A stretch of 64,000 nt of DNA from NCBI GenBank assembly GCA_963793865.1, contig CAWCBP010000001.1:320001-384000 (forward strand), in the 5' to 3' direction. Source of the stretch: an uncultured delta proteobacterium. GTDB taxonomy: Bacteria > Desulfobacterota > WTBG01. The translations under genes were made by a program, and so were the position numbers. Shown here piece after piece: positions 51,512-62,473 of this stretch; the stretch's first letter is position 1; every line of letters starts with the position of its first letter. The notes beneath the pieces were generated by a model. It searched no databases and was not told the origin of the DNA. It saw only the letters and a list, made by a program, of their open reading frames with translations.

Positions 51512-52177
51512 TCATTGATCCTTGCTGCCAGGTTTCTGACAAATGTATAAAATATGCGGATATGGCAAAAGGTCGACCATTGAATGATGAAACACGACGA
51601 ATCCTGTGCTTTCTAGAAGGTTCATCAGTTCTCTTTGTTCCCAATAATTAACTCCCGTACGAATGTCTAACATTTTGTCCAGCAAATAGGTAAAACAGAG
51701 CTTATAAGCTGGTTTTGTATTAACATCTTTTATTATAAGTCTGCAGTTTGGATTAAGATTCTCATAGAGCTTTTTTATCAGTGGCAATACTGCGGCACGG
51801 GGGATATGATGAACGATATCGAGCATATACACCGCATCAAAGGCGGAATGATAACTGTATGATGTGGCGTTGGCAACTTCATATGTGCAATTTGAAATTG
51901 ATAGTTTTTTTGCAGCATTCCTGGCCATCAGGATCCTGTGTTCATTAATGTCTAAACCGATGATTTCAAGATTCGGGAATAGTTTGGCATAATATAGAGA
52001 AAAAAGACCGAACCCGCATCCGATATCAAGAATACGTCCGGAGGTTGGAAAGTACTGTCCGATTTCATTTAAAAAGCGAAGGTGTATGATCTTAAAGCGT
52101 GCCCGGCAGTAGGCTCTGGTAATTCTGGAATCATAAGTATTAATTATTTCATTGAGCGTAAAGTTGATTTGTGGCAT
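51512..52177 (-). CDS. Class I SAM-dependent methyltransferase
   Basis: ILDIGCGFG, GLDIN, DIVHHIP. Confidence 0.9.
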   Translation of the reverse strand: MPQINFTLNEIINTYDSRITRAYCRARFKIIHLRFLNEIGQYFPTSGRILDIGCGFGLFSLYYAKLFPNLEIIGLDINEHRILMARNAAKKLSISNCTYEVANATSYSYHSAFDAVYMLDIVHHIPRAAVLPLIKKLYENLNPNCRLIIKDVNTKPAYKLCFTYLLDKMLDIRTGVNYWEQRELMNLLESTGFVVFHHSMVDLLPYPHILYICQKPGSKDQ

Positions 52178-52252
52178 GAACAAAGCACCTGCCCGTCTGT
52201 TCTTCTTTCTGCGTTTGAATGACCTCAAGGGGTTTCTATTTTTCAGGAAAAC

Positions 52253-52657
52253 TTAGTCAATAATAATTGCGTCTTCCGTCACCTTGCCGCTGTCTATTCT
52301 AAAGGCCTTTATCTGAGGATGATAAAAATCGGCAAGAGAGATAATGAAGCAAGCAGTGCCCGGATAAAAGGCACGGGCTATATCAAGCCCGGAAGGATAG
52401 CAGGGATGATTGGGGTGGGAGTGGTAAACCCCTAACAGTTGTAAGGAAAGCCGGTCAATCTCCTCGAAGGCATTTACCTGTTCCAGCGGGTCGACCTCGT
52501 ATTCGTCAATATTCACAGCGATATTTCTTGTTTTAAAAATCTTTGTGATCACGATTTCATTCCCCGCCAGCATACCGCAGCACTCGCGCGGATATTCCTT
52601 CCTGGCATGTCCCTCCATTTCCTCAATAATTTCCCGTGATATGCAAATCGATTTCAT
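52253..52657 (-). CDS. JAMM/MPN+ (Mec-like) metalloprotease
   Basis: YPRECCG, YHSHP...PS..D motif. Confidence 0.9.
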   Translation of the reverse strand: MKSICISREIIEEMEGHARKEYPRECCGMLAGNEIVITKIFKTRNIAVNIDEYEVDPLEQVNAFEEIDRLSLQLLGVYHSHPNHPCYPSGLDIARAFYPGTACFIISLADFYHPQIKAFRIDSGKVTEDAIIID

Positions 52658-52791
52658 TCCCCGCCGGGTAATCTATTATCTTTTTTCAACATTTATTATA
52701 GCATTTCTTTTTCTTAACTCCAGCGATACTTACTTTTACTTCTATTTTATTTGTGGTATAATTACTATGAGAAGCAAAAGAGGTGATTACA

Positions 52792-53295
52792 ATGCGAGCC
52801 TTTCTTAGTGCATCACTCATTTTATTGCTGTTTGTGGGCTGCGCGTCAACGTCTTCGTTATTGGTCGACGAGGATGTATATTCGGGTTCCGGCGATTGCC
52901 TGTATTATCCCTACACCTGCCTGGATTCAGTTGATCCCTGGTATGGAGTATATCCGTATGATTTGTGGGGTTATGATTACTACGATCATGACGATTGGTA
53001 TGACCATCCCGATCGTCACCATTATCCCTATTATTTGTGGAGGCATCACCACCCGAAACCTGAAAAACCCTGGTTTGTAAGGAGGCATCTTAATCAGGCC
53101 GGCGAGAGAATCGCAAGCATACGGAAGGCCAGGAGAGAAGCGCGTGAGCAGCGAATCAGCAATGCCCGCCATGCCCGGCAGCACCGGATTGATATGAGGA
53201 GAGAACGGGCCAACAGTTTCCGATCCACCTTTCACCGGTCAAGACCGGGGGGGCACGGTTTTAGAGGCGGCTTTGGAGGCTTCAGAAGAAGATAA
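52792..53295 (+). CDS. Lipoprotein with Tyr/Asp/His-rich middle and Arg/Gly-rich tail
   Basis: Lipobox FVGC; GAGGT RBS; followed by a terminator. Confidence 0.7.
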   Translation: MRAFLSASLILLLFVGCASTSSLLVDEDVYSGSGDCLYYPYTCLDSVDPWYGVYPYDLWGYDYYDHDDWYDHPDRHHYPYYLWRHHHPKPEKPWFVRRHLNQAGERIASIRKARREAREQRISNARHARQHRIDMRRERANSFRSTFHRSRPGGHGFRGGFGGFRRR

Positions 53296-53362
53296 GTCGT
53301 GCATCGTGATTTTTAAAGGTTCCTGAGTTTCAGGACGACGGTAACTTTATGGCACTGTAGAG

Positions 53363-53393
53363 ACGGGGTATTCGCTTAATAACCCCGTTTTTT
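53363..53393 (+). terminator. Intrinsic terminator
   Basis: ACGGGGTATT-cgctt-AATAACCCCGT followed by a T run. Confidence 0.7.
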
Positions 53394-53474
53394 ATTTGCC
53401 GACCCATTTCCAGTCCATCTCTCGTTTTAGCATTACCTTCGCATCCCAAATTGCTTTGAACAGATTGACATGTC

Positions 53475-54548
53475 TCAGACTATATTTAATGGAATGGTGC
53501 GCGATTTTGCTTTCCATCCCGTTATGTCTCCCATGGTGTGCGCCATGAGCAGCAGAACAATCGGATATGCTTCATAGTAAGCTCTCAGCTCATCCAGGAA
53601 CCCGAAAAAAAGACAAAGCAATACAAGGGGAGGCAGAATCCATAGTCCGCATTTGAGAAAGAGTGGTTTTTCTTCCCATTTGTAGAGTACCATCAGTGTG
53701 ATAAAAAGGTAAACGAACGCCTCTATTGAATACGGAGGTATCTTCAGGTTGTGCTTTGTAAGGATACCGTTAATATCCAGGAGAAAACTGCCGGGGTTGT
53801 CATAAAAAAAGTAATTAAGGATTGCCCTTGCAATAAGATAAATTACTATTTGAGCTGACAGGATCTTCATAAAAGATGGCTTAGCCAATCGAGTTATGGG
53901 TACACAATAGAAATAAATCACGAACAACATGGTAAGCAATATCGTGGTTTCTTTATTAAAGCAGGCCAGTGTATAAACAACTAAAAAATGCATCCACTTT
54001 TTTCGGGCCATCAGGGCAAGGCCCAGGGTAAAAAGAAAGAGGGTGCTGAAATCGTAAATAAAGCTGGTGTATTTAAACATTACCGGAAGGCCGAGTAACG
54101 CCGCCAGGGATGTCAGGTCCACCAGTTTATCCGGAGCCTCATAGACGGTCTTAAAGAGATATCTCAAGGCAAAGAAAAACCCGGCAAGCCCAAGATACAT
54201 CACAATGCAGCCAATAAGAAATTCTGTAAGAATATATTTTTCCAAGCGCCCCTTGTTATCATTCATCAGCTTGAAGGTTTTATTTTCCCAGACGGTTTCA
54301 TTGATTGCCTGCTTTGTTTCTTGAGGTATGAGTGAAGCGGTGGCGCGGATGCTAAAGGGTACAAGGGCACGATAGGCATACGGCTTGAATGCAATTCCAT
54401 AAACCATACGTACAAAGCTGGCCGGCTGAAATTTATTGATTCCAACTTGAAGAAACATGGAAAAGACGAGGATGGAGGCGATGAAACAGGTAATGTAGTA
54501 ACCGAATCTAATCCCCGATTTTTTCGCTATTTCTTTTGCATGCAGCAT
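53475..54548 (-). CDS. Polytopic membrane protein, GT-C-like
   Basis: PYAYRALVP, YD, NKET, ELRAYYE motifs among many TMs. Confidence 0.6.
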   Translation of the reverse strand: MLHAKEIAKKSGIRFGYYITCFIASILVFSMFLQVGINKFQPASFVRMVYGIAFKPYAYRALVPFSIRATASLIPQETKQAINETVWENKTFKLMNDNKGRLEKYILTEFLIGCIVMYLGLAGFFFALRYLFKTVYEAPDKLVDLTSLAALLGLPVMFKYTSFIYDFSTLFLFTLGLALMARKKWMHFLVVYTLACFNKETTILLTMLFVIYFYCVPITRLAKPSFMKILSAQIVIYLIARAILNYFFYDNPGSFLLDINGILTKHNLKIPPYSIEAFVYLFITLMVLYKWEEKPLFLKCGLWILPPLVLLCLFFGFLDELRAYYEAYPIVLLLMAHTMGDITGWKAKSRTIPLNIV

Positions 54549-54799
54549 CAGAGGTGCTCTTATAAAATAATAATCGCTAAGATTGTCACGTGTCCATTAA
54601 AAACATCATTGGTATCAAGAATGCAAGCCTTTGATTCTATTAATCGATATATTATTACTGATGGCTCACAGGTAATGTTACGATACTGGTCTTGAATTTT
54701 AATGAAAATTGCTATAAAAACAAGATAATAATTATTTATTTAATTTGAACAAAAAAATTTACCATTTAGCATGATTATCTTTGATGGGCCTTATAACCA

Positions 54800-56320
54800 A
54801 TGAAAACGCCCGCGACAATTGTTAACCGCGAATTTCTTTATGTTTTTGGAGTTGTGGCTCTTCTTGCGGTAACGGTATGCTTGGTAATCTTTACCTGTTG
54901 CCGTTCTCCGGTTGCAGGAATGTCTGATATTATCAGCACTCTTAATAATTATAATCTCATCCTGGTTAACATTGATGCCCTCAGGGCGGATCATGTGGGT
55001 TGTTATGGCTATGACCGCAATACATCCCCCTTCATTAATTCATTGGCTGCAGAGGGGATTATTTTTGAACGGGCATTGTCAAATTCATCATATACCCGGG
55101 AATCGGTGGCAGTTCTTCTTTCGGGGAAATTACCGTCCAGTGGAAATACCGTTGGATGGAATGCCAAACCATCGAAGAGCATTGCGAACATGGGGGAATT
55201 ATTCAGCGATGCAGGATATAAAACCGCCTTTTTCAGCGACACCAACATGCTGCAGCATCCTAATTTTACCAGCGGGTTTCAAGAAATCTATCATCTGAAG
55301 AAATGGGGGGTGAGTGGAAACGGCCTTCAGCTCTCAGTACGTGCCGGGGAATTTATAAAAAGATGTAATGGTAAAAAGTTCATGATCTATCTGCACTATT
55401 TAGACCCTCATGGTCCCTATAATCCCCCTGACGAGTTATATTTACGATTTGCAGAAAGTCTTTATCCTAATCCGCTCGACCTGTACCGGTATGTGAGACA
55501 AAATATTGTGTCGCTGGTAAAGGATGGGTTTGGCCCGGGAGATGTTCGTTTTGAAGATATGGTTACAAGATATGATGCTGAAATAGCTCATACCGATCAA
55601 TCAATAGAGCTGCTCTTTACACACCTTGACAATTTAAACCTGCTGAAGAATACATTGGTGGTAATTACTGCCGACCATGGTGAAGAGTTTCTGGAACACG
55701 GTTACGTCGAACATGCGTGGACATTATATAATGAATCACTTCACATTCCTTTCATTGTATGGGCTCCCGCTGTTATCGCGCCGAAGCGTATAGCGGAGCT
55801 GGTGTCGACGGTGGATATGTTGCCGACCATACTTGCGATAATGGCAATTCCTCACACCAGAAGTGATTTTGATGGTAATTGCTTATTTACCAGGAAAGGT
55901 AAGGGATTCAGATTTACACCACCGGACAAGCCGTTTATAGCGGAACTTTTGATTCAACACAGAAATATAATTCGTGCTGTTATTCAGGATGATTGGAAAT
56001 ACATTGCCGCGCTGAAGTGGCTGCAAACTCAGGATCGGGCGGGCGCTCTATCCCAAATGAAGCAAATTGAAGGAAATAAAGCATCACACCTGGATATATG
56101 GAATACCGTTGTTCATGAGGAGCTCTACAATCTATCCAAAGATCCGCAGGAAAAAAACAATCTTGTAGATGCAGGGGTCAAAAGCAGGCTCGGGGAAATT
56201 ATTGAAGAATATAAAAACTATTGCAGGCAACAAGGTATACAAGACAGTCCGGATACTGATAAAGATCCGCCGCTTTCTGAGGATGATATTGGAAAACTTA
56301 AATCCCTTGGTTATTTCTGA
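54800..56320 (+). CDS. Sulfatase-like alkaline-phosphatase-superfamily protein
   Basis: DALRADH, YLDPHGPY, ADHGEEF.EHG, ELYNL..DP.E, C-terminal LKSLGY. Confidence 0.88.
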   Translation: MKTPATIVNREFLYVFGVVALLAVTVCLVIFTCCRSPVAGMSDIISTLNNYNLILVNIDALRADHVGCYGYDRNTSPFINSLAAEGIIFERALSNSSYTRESVAVLLSGKLPSSGNTVGWNAKPSKSIANMGELFSDAGYKTAFFSDTNMLQHPNFTSGFQEIYHLKKWGVSGNGLQLSVRAGEFIKRCNGKKFMIYLHYLDPHGPYNPPDELYLRFAESLYPNPLDLYRYVRQNIVSLVKDGFGPGDVRFEDMVTRYDAEIAHTDQSIELLFTHLDNLNLLKNTLVVITADHGEEFLEHGYVEHAWTLYNESLHIPFIVWAPAVIAPKRIAELVSTVDMLPTILAIMAIPHTRSDFDGNCLFTRKGKGFRFTPPDKPFIAELLIQHRNIIRAVIQDDWKYIAALKWLQTQDRAGALSQMKQIEGNKASHLDIWNTVVHEELYNLSKDPQEKNNLVDAGVKSRLGEIIEEYKNYCRQQGIQDSPDTDKDPPLSEDDIGKLKSLGYF

Positions 56321-56423
56321 TGTAAAGCAATTGGCGCATCATATAGAATAGATATTCCATTTATCCATACCTGCCAAAATGAGGGCGCGTTGGTTCTGTA
56401 GAGGAGAGGGGGAGGTGAATAGA

Positions 56424-56810
56424 CAACTTATGACAGGCATTGACGCTCGATCATTGTAATGCATGGAGTATGGTACATAAAAGCCGGATTTCAGGAGCAT
56501 TATGAACTATCCGGAAAAGAGGGGACGTTGTTTCTTAAGGCAACTTACGATAGGCATTGACACTCAATCATCGGCGTAATTAAGATCATCGGTTTATTCG
56601 GAGGAAGTTGCTTGAAGAAACAACGTCCCCCAAGTGGGAGAAAAACAGTTGCATAAGCGAACCTTCATTGATGATCGTCGTTGTCAGACGGCAGCAGGTT
56701 TGTGTTGGATGTAGAATCAGGCCATCAGGTAATTTTTCTACAGTAGCCGCATAAGACGGGTTCGGTGCGGCATTCCTTTTTTCTAAAGTTGTTCTCAGAA
56801 ACAACGTCTC
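56424..56810. repeat. Intergenic direct and inverted repeat complex
   Basis: CAACTTAYGAYAGGCATTGACRCTCRATCAT at 56424 and 56541; GGGGACGTTGTTTCTTAAGGCAACTT at 56521, inverted near 56605, with a third variant near 56787. Confidence 0.7.
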
Positions 56811-56896
56811 TCGAATATAACAGGAAGAAAAAGCCTCCCGGTATTGCAGCCGAGAGGCTTTCGCATCGAAAAAAAGGATCAGGGATAATTCCCGCC

Positions 56897-58374
56897 TTAT
56901 GGATACGCGCACCACGGTCCTATCGCGCAAACGGGACAGGGATTTGTCATATTGCTTCTGCCGAAATCTGATTTAAACAGCGCCGCATCGGATCCGTCGA
57001 CATTCCCATTGCAGGCAAAATCACCATTGCAGGGGTCATCACCAGTGCAGGGATTTAAGTAATTGCTTCTGCCAAAATCCGCTTTAAAGGTTGCTGCGTC
57101 GCCGCCATCCACATCCTGGTCGCCATTAAAATTGCCCTCGCATTCGCAGGCATCCCCACAACTATTTCCGCCCGGGGGATAGGAGTCTAACTGGTCCGGA
57201 TTGCTAAGGGTTGGGCAGTTGTCGCAGGTATCACCCATTCCATCTCCATCACCCGCGTCTTCCTGGCCCTGATTCGCAGTGAGAGGGCAGTTATCGTTGG
57301 GATAGATAACCGTATCATTATCAGGGTCCGGATGACGTACACACCGTACATAATTTTCATAATAGATTTGGTTGCTGTATTTGTTTCCGTAATAGAGTTC
57401 GCCATCTGCGAAATCGATCGAGAAAGCCTTCTTGTAGTGACATTTGCTGCAGGATGTGCCCGTCCAGTATAGCCCGCTGTTAGTATTGGGAAAGTAGTCT
57501 GTATCAGTCGCCGGATTACTCGTGCCCAGCTCCACTATTCTTTCCAGTTCCTTGGGATTGGGGAGCCTCCAGTCATCATAGCCGCCCAGAAGAAGATTTT
57601 CACAATAGATAAGGGCGTTTTTCCAGGTATACAGATTATCCTTATCCCCGCTGCCGCCATCATCGGTTTTCTGCTCCCACATATATCCCGTGGCAGCATC
57701 GGTCACCGTTCCATCACCATTATCCGTGAAGCTTGAAGAGGGCAGCGTATTACCCCGCACACACCGCGCCTTAAGGGGATTTTCCGTTTTACCGACCGAT
57801 TGTATGAGCCCGAACGACAAAAGTATTCCCCACACTTTTGAAGCATCATTATGATATTCCGTGGAGGTCCAGTAGAACACCTCATACGAGTTGACATAGG
57901 TGAAGTAAGGAAAGTAGGTTATATTCAGCGCAGGACTTACCCTGCTAAAATTAAGGAGGGTCGAGTATTCTTGTCGTGTGGGCAATCTCCAATCATCCTG
58001 ACCGGCCAATGAGAGCGTTGTGCAGTACGTTAGTGCGTCACTGTAGCTGTAGGTGGCTGTTTCGTTTATCTCTGTCTTCTGTTCCCAGGTAAGCCCTGTG
58101 AGATTATCGGTTACCGTACCATCTCCGTTATCGGTCAAATCAGGCGGGTTTATGATGTAGGTTGCATCCTGACCGTAGAAATCTTGACCCTCGACGGGAC
58201 AGTAAGGCAATGAATCGCATACCTGAACGAATCCTTCCATATGCCAGGTATCACACATTATCTTGTCCCAATTGTAGCAAAGCACCTGGCCGGTATCGGG
58301 TATTACAAGGTCATAGGAGAGAGCGTACAAGGGGGTTGAAGAAGCATGAAAAGCATCAGTGCGGATTTTTTCAT
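56897..58374 (-). CDS. Secreted protein with two DUF1566/Lcl domains, TSP3-like repeats and a dockerin-like tail; one base missing near 58340
   Basis: TDNGDGTVTD..TGL.W and DDWRLP twice; DNCP repeats; tandem GNF/GDF...DVDG.D...F..DFGR; signal peptide from ATG 58374 after a GGAG RBS. Confidence 0.85.
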
Positions 58375-58449
58375 AGGATCTCCTCGCAGAATAAGGTATT
58401 TATAATTTTCATAATTATACACCAATTATATTAAAAAAGATATGGGAGA

Positions 58450-58465
58450 TATGACTTAAGTCATA
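58450..58465. promoter_or_regulatory. Perfect 16-bp palindrome TATGACTTAAGTCATA, candidate operator
   Basis: Located in the AT-rich region about 75 bp upstream of the DUF1566 gene. Confidence 0.45.
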
Positions 58466-58945
58466 AAATGTAAAAATTAGTTTTTAAAAAAAACAAACGT
58501 TCCGAATAGTACTGCCTTATGTAAGTAGTGCGCGTCAGTTTGGAGCAATCGTTTTATGTGCACGCTCTAAAATGAGCTGCCGGAAAATCAGCTTGAAGGA
58601 TACCCAATATAGTGATATGAGTCTCAGTCAGCATACAGGAGTCAGTGGTCGGAAGTCAAAAGACAGTAGTCAGGAGCCAGAAACCAGGAGCCGGAGTTTT
58701 TCGATCCCTACGATAAGTTTTTAAGATTTCTCAGTCGCTGCGCTTCTTCGAAATGACAGCGGAGACGATAAGGTATAGGAGCTGTCATCCTGCGACTTGA
58801 TCGCAGGATCCAATAATTATAAGTGACTGGGTTCTGCGGTCGAGCCGCAGAATGACCGTTTACTTATCAATGCGCGATTCCTCGGTGGCGTTTGTGGTCA
58901 CGTCCCGGGGGCTCAAATGCTTTTCTCGTTATACAGAGGTAGCCT

Positions 58946-59845
58946 ATGAAAGGAATAATTCTGGCGGGCGGGTCGGGAAGCCGGCTCTATCCCATCACCC
59001 GCGCGGTGAGCAAGCAGCTCATTCCCATCTACGACAAGCCCATGATCTATTACCCCCTGTCGGTGCTCATGCTCTCCGGCATCCGGGAAATCCTGATCAT
59101 CTCCACGCCCGAAGATCTGCCCCGCTTCAAGGCCCTCTTCGATGACGGGTCCCAGCTCGGCATCTCATTCTCCTACGCGGAGCAACTCCGTCCCGAAGGC
59201 CTGGCCCATGCCTTTATCCTCGGCAAAAGCTTCATCGGCAGCGATACCGTCTGCCTCATTCTCGGCGACAACATCTTTTACGGCCATGGCCTCTCGGAGA
59301 GATTTCTCAAGTGCTCGAGCCTGAAGCAGGGCGGGATCGTCTTCGGCTATCCGGTGCGCGATCCCGAGCGGTACGGGGTGGTTGAGTTTGACGGGCAGGG
59401 AACGGCCATCGGCATTGAGGAGAAGCCGTCACGGCCCAAATCCAACTACGCGGTCCCCGGTCTCTATTATTACGACAACCAGGTGGTGTCCATTGCGGAG
59501 AATCTGAAGCCCTCCGCCCGCGGTGAGCTTGAAATTACCGACGTGAACCGGGAGTACCTGCAGCGCAGGCAGCTTAAGGTTGAGATACTGGGCCGGGGTT
59601 TTGCCTGGCTGGATACGGGGACCTATGAATCGCTTCAGCAGGCCAGCGATTTTGTGCGGGTCATCCAGGAGCGGCAGGGCTTAAAGACTGCCTGCATCGA
59701 GGAGATCGCCTTCCGCCAGGGCTATATCGACCGGGACCAGCTTAAAAGGCTTGCCTCCGCCATGATCAAAACGGAATACGGCCAGTACCTCCTCGCGCTC
59801 CTTGACGAGAAAAAGGATTTGGAACATGGCGCTCCGATTTATTAA
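58946..59845 (+). CDS. rfbA: Glucose-1-phosphate thymidylyltransferase
   Basis: [43 protein letters not shown]. Confidence 0.97.
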   Translation: MKGIILAGGSGSRLYPITRAVSKQLIPIYDKPMIYYPLSVLMLSGIREILIISTPEDLPRFKALFDDGSQLGISFSYAEQLRPEGLAHAFILGKSFIGSDTVCLILGDNIFYGHGLSERFLKCSSLKQGGIVFGYPVRDPERYGVVEFDGQGTAIGIEEKPSRPKSNYAVPGLYYYDNQVVSIAENLKPSARGELEITDVNREYLQRRQLKVEILGRGFAWLDTGTYESLQQASDFVRVIQERQGLKTACIEEIAFRQGYIDRDQLKRLASAMIKTEYGQYLLALLDEKKDLEHGAPIY

Positions 59846-60389
59846 CACCGCGCTTCCCGGGGTGACGCTTATCGAGACCGACGTCTTCAGCGACGCGCGG
59901 GGCTATTTCATGGAAACCCATCACCAGCAGAAGTACGCCGCGGGGGGAATGGTGAAACCCTTTGTGCAGGACAACCGCTCTCACTCGGTCAGGAATGTTC
60001 TGCGCGGGCTTCACTATCAGCTCCTGCACCCCCAGGCCAAGCTGGTATATGTGGTTACCGGGGAGATTTTTGATGTGGCGGTTGATATCCGGGTGGGTTC
60101 GCCCACCTTTGGCAGGTGGGACGGGTTGTATCTCTCGGCGGAAAACGGAAGGCAGCTGTTTGTGCCGGAGGGATTCGCCCACGGCTTTTGCGTCCTGAGC
60201 GAAACCGCTGACGTGCTTTACAAGTGTACTGATTTTTACCAGCCGGGTGATGAGCTGGGGGTTGCGTGGAACGATCCGGGCATCGCCATTAACTGGCCCG
60301 TGTCGGGGCCCCTCCTGTCACCCAAGGACAGCCGGTATCCCAATCTCCGGGACATCCCCGATCATCTCCTGCCCCGCTACGCCGGGTGA
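59826..60389 (+). CDS. rfbC: dTDP-4-dehydrorhamnose 3,5-epimerase
   Basis: [39 protein letters not shown]. Confidence 0.97.
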   Translation: MALRFINTALPGVTLIETDVFSDARGYFMETHHQQKYAAGGMVKPFVQDNRSHSVRNVLRGLHYQLLHPQAKLVYVVTGEIFDVAVDIRVGSPTFGRWDGLYLSAENGRQLFVPEGFAHGFCVLSETADVLYKCTDFYQPGDELGVAWNDPGIAINWPVSGPLLSPKDSRYPNLRDIPDHLLPRYAG

Positions 60390-60393
60390 GGTT

Positions 60394-61431
60394 TCACTTC
60401 TTGCTCCAGAACCCTTCGCTCTCCCTCGCCAGCTTTTCCTTGAGCGGCTTCCACCACCATTCGTTTTCGCGGTACCAGGCAACGGTGCTTTTGATTCCTT
60501 CCTGTAAGGTCGTGGTCTGGTTCCAGCCCAGGGTTGACTTGAGCTTGTGATTGTCGAGGGCGTAACGGAAATCATGGCCGGGCCGGTCCTGCACGAAGGT
60601 TAAACAATCCTCGCCCTTGTTAAAGAGGGAGAGTATCTCACGGGCAAGGTCGATGTTGCGCTTTTCGCTCTCCCCCCCCACGTTGTAGACCTCTCCCGGT
60701 TTCCCCTGCTGCATAATAAGATCAATGGCGGAGCAGGTGTTGGTGACATGAATCCAGTCGCGGATATTTTCACCCTTCCCGTAGACGGGTATGTTCATCC
60801 CTTCCATGAGGTTGGTGATCATGAGGGGGATGAATTTTTCAGGGTACTGGTAGGGGCCGTAATTATTGGAGGGGCGGAGAATCAGCACCGGTAGCCCGTA
60901 GGTCTCAAAGTAGGAGCGCACCAGCAGGTCCGCGCCGGTCTTGCTGGCTGAATAGGGGGAATTGGGGCGCAGCGGGCTGTCCTCGGTAAAAACGCCTTCG
61001 CTGCCCAGCGTTCCGTACACCTCATCGGTTGAGATGTGCACAAAGCGGAAGGAGGTGTCCTTGGCAAGGGGGCCGGCCCAGTAATGCCGTGCCGCTTCCA
61101 GGAGCACGCAGGTACCCACCACATTGGTGTTGGCGAAAGGGCGGGCGCTGAGGATGGATCGGTCAACGTGGGTCTCAGCGGCAAAGTGGACCACGGCCTC
61201 TATGGTATGCTCCTTAAACATCCGGGTCACGATGTGCTCATCAGTGATGTCGCCCCGGACAAATCGATAGCGCTCATCGTTATTGATCCCCTTGAGATTT
61301 TCAGGGTTGCCGGAATAGGTGAGCATGTCAAGATTGATGAGCATGCAGTCCGGGTGGGCGCCGCGCAGGTAATGAATGAAATTTGAGCCGATGAATCCGC
61401 AGCCGCCGGTGATTAAAATGGTTTTGGTCAT
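60394..61431 (-). CDS. rfbB: dTDP-glucose 4,6-dehydratase
   Basis: GGCGFIG, AAETHVDRSI, STDEVYG, YSASK, NNYGPYQ.PEK, DRPGHD.RY. Confidence 0.97.
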   Translation of the reverse strand: MTKTILITGGCGFIGSNFIHYLRGAHPDCMLINLDMLTYSGNPENLKGINNDERYRFVRGDITDEHIVTRMFKEHTIEAVVHFAAETHVDRSILSARPFANTNVVGTCVLLEAARHYWAGPLAKDTSFRFVHISTDEVYGTLGSEGVFTEDSPLRPNSPYSASKTGADLLVRSYFETYGLPVLILRPSNNYGPYQYPEKFIPLMITNLMEGMNIPVYGKGENIRDWIHVTNTCSAIDLIMQQGKPGEVYNVGGESEKRNIDLAREILSLFNKGEDCLTFVQDRPGHDFRYALDNHKLKSTLGWNQTTTLQEGIKSTVAWYRENEWWWKPLKEKLARESEGFWSKK

Positions 61432-61663
61432 GTTTTCTTGTTCCCCCTTGAAAAATTTTGTTTATATCTCATGTCTGCTGTGAAATCGCTATTACTCGCT
61501 GCACCATTATCTAATATTCATATAGATCTTTTGCATGTGTCAACTGTAATTTGCCTTGAGCACTCAAGGGTTAAGCAACTGTAGAGAAAAGTGCAGCCAA
61601 ACTGATTAGTGCCATATGTATTGGTCCATATAAATAAGTTTTGATTAACCAATGACAAAGACT

Positions 61664-62377
61664 TTAACCTTTGAACTTTTCTATATCCCGATAGAGTGAA
61701 AAGAGACGTTTGAGGGTTAAGACAATGTGTTTGGGCGATACCGTTGACGTTCCCCCCGCCCGGGGATAGTGCCTGACCCCCACCTCCCTGATGGAATAGT
61801 TCTTGATCCGTGCCTTGGTTAAAAGCTCCGCGTTAAACAAAAAATCGGTTGATTTTATGTTAAGCGCCTCAAAGGCTTTCTTTTTAAAAAGCTTGAACGC
61901 GCAGTCTATGTCCCTGACCTTAAGTGAAAAGAGGATGCGGATAAGCAAGTTGAAGCAGCCGGAGAGAAACTTCCTCATTAATGGATCCTGCCGGTCAATC
62001 CTGTAGCCAATCACCATGTCCGCGCTTCCTTCCCTGGCGTAAGGAAGAAACTCGTCGAGGCTTTCTATTTTGAATTGCCGGTCGGCATCGGTAAAGAAGA
62101 GGTATTCGTACTTGCTTGCCTTGAAGCCGTCCAGCAGGGAACGACCATAGCCCTGATTGGGCGAATGATGAATAACAGAAATGGTCTTATGTTTTGCTGC
62201 CAATGCCTCAGCTATCATCCCGGTAGCATCTGCGCTGCCATCGTTTACAATAATAATTTCATAGGGTATTTTTTTGCCCTCGCAATACCCCATGATTTCT
62301 TCCGACAGCGCCTCTATGTTTTCCGCCTCATTGTACGCGGGAAGTGTAATAGAAATGCCGCCTTGTTCTATGCCCAT
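61664..62377 (-). CDS. GT2 DPM1-like glycosyltransferase
   Basis: PAYNE, VNDGS, NQGYG, TDADRQF, DIDCAFKLF. Confidence 0.9.
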   Translation of the reverse strand: MGIEQGGISITLPAYNEAENIEALSEEIMGYCEGKKIPYEIIIVNDGSADATGMIAEALAAKHKTISVIHHSPNQGYGRSLLDGFKASKYEYLFFTDADRQFKIESLDEFLPYAREGSADMVIGYRIDRQDPLMRKFLSGCFNLLIRILFSLKVRDIDCAFKLFKKKAFEALNIKSTDFLFNAELLTKARIKNYSIREVGVRHYPRAGGTSTVSPKHIVLTLKRLFSLYRDIEKFKG

Positions 62378-62473
62378 TATATGTCTCCCTTCTCAAGAAA
62401 TCAGGCATGATATATGTTCTTCTGCTCACCGGATAACCGGCTTTGCTCTCTTTTCTGTTTTTTTTCCGGCACG

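Noticed and set aside
56897..58374. DUF1566 protein as a diversity-generating retroelement target
   Set aside because: No reverse transcriptase and no adenine-variant template repeat seen in the window
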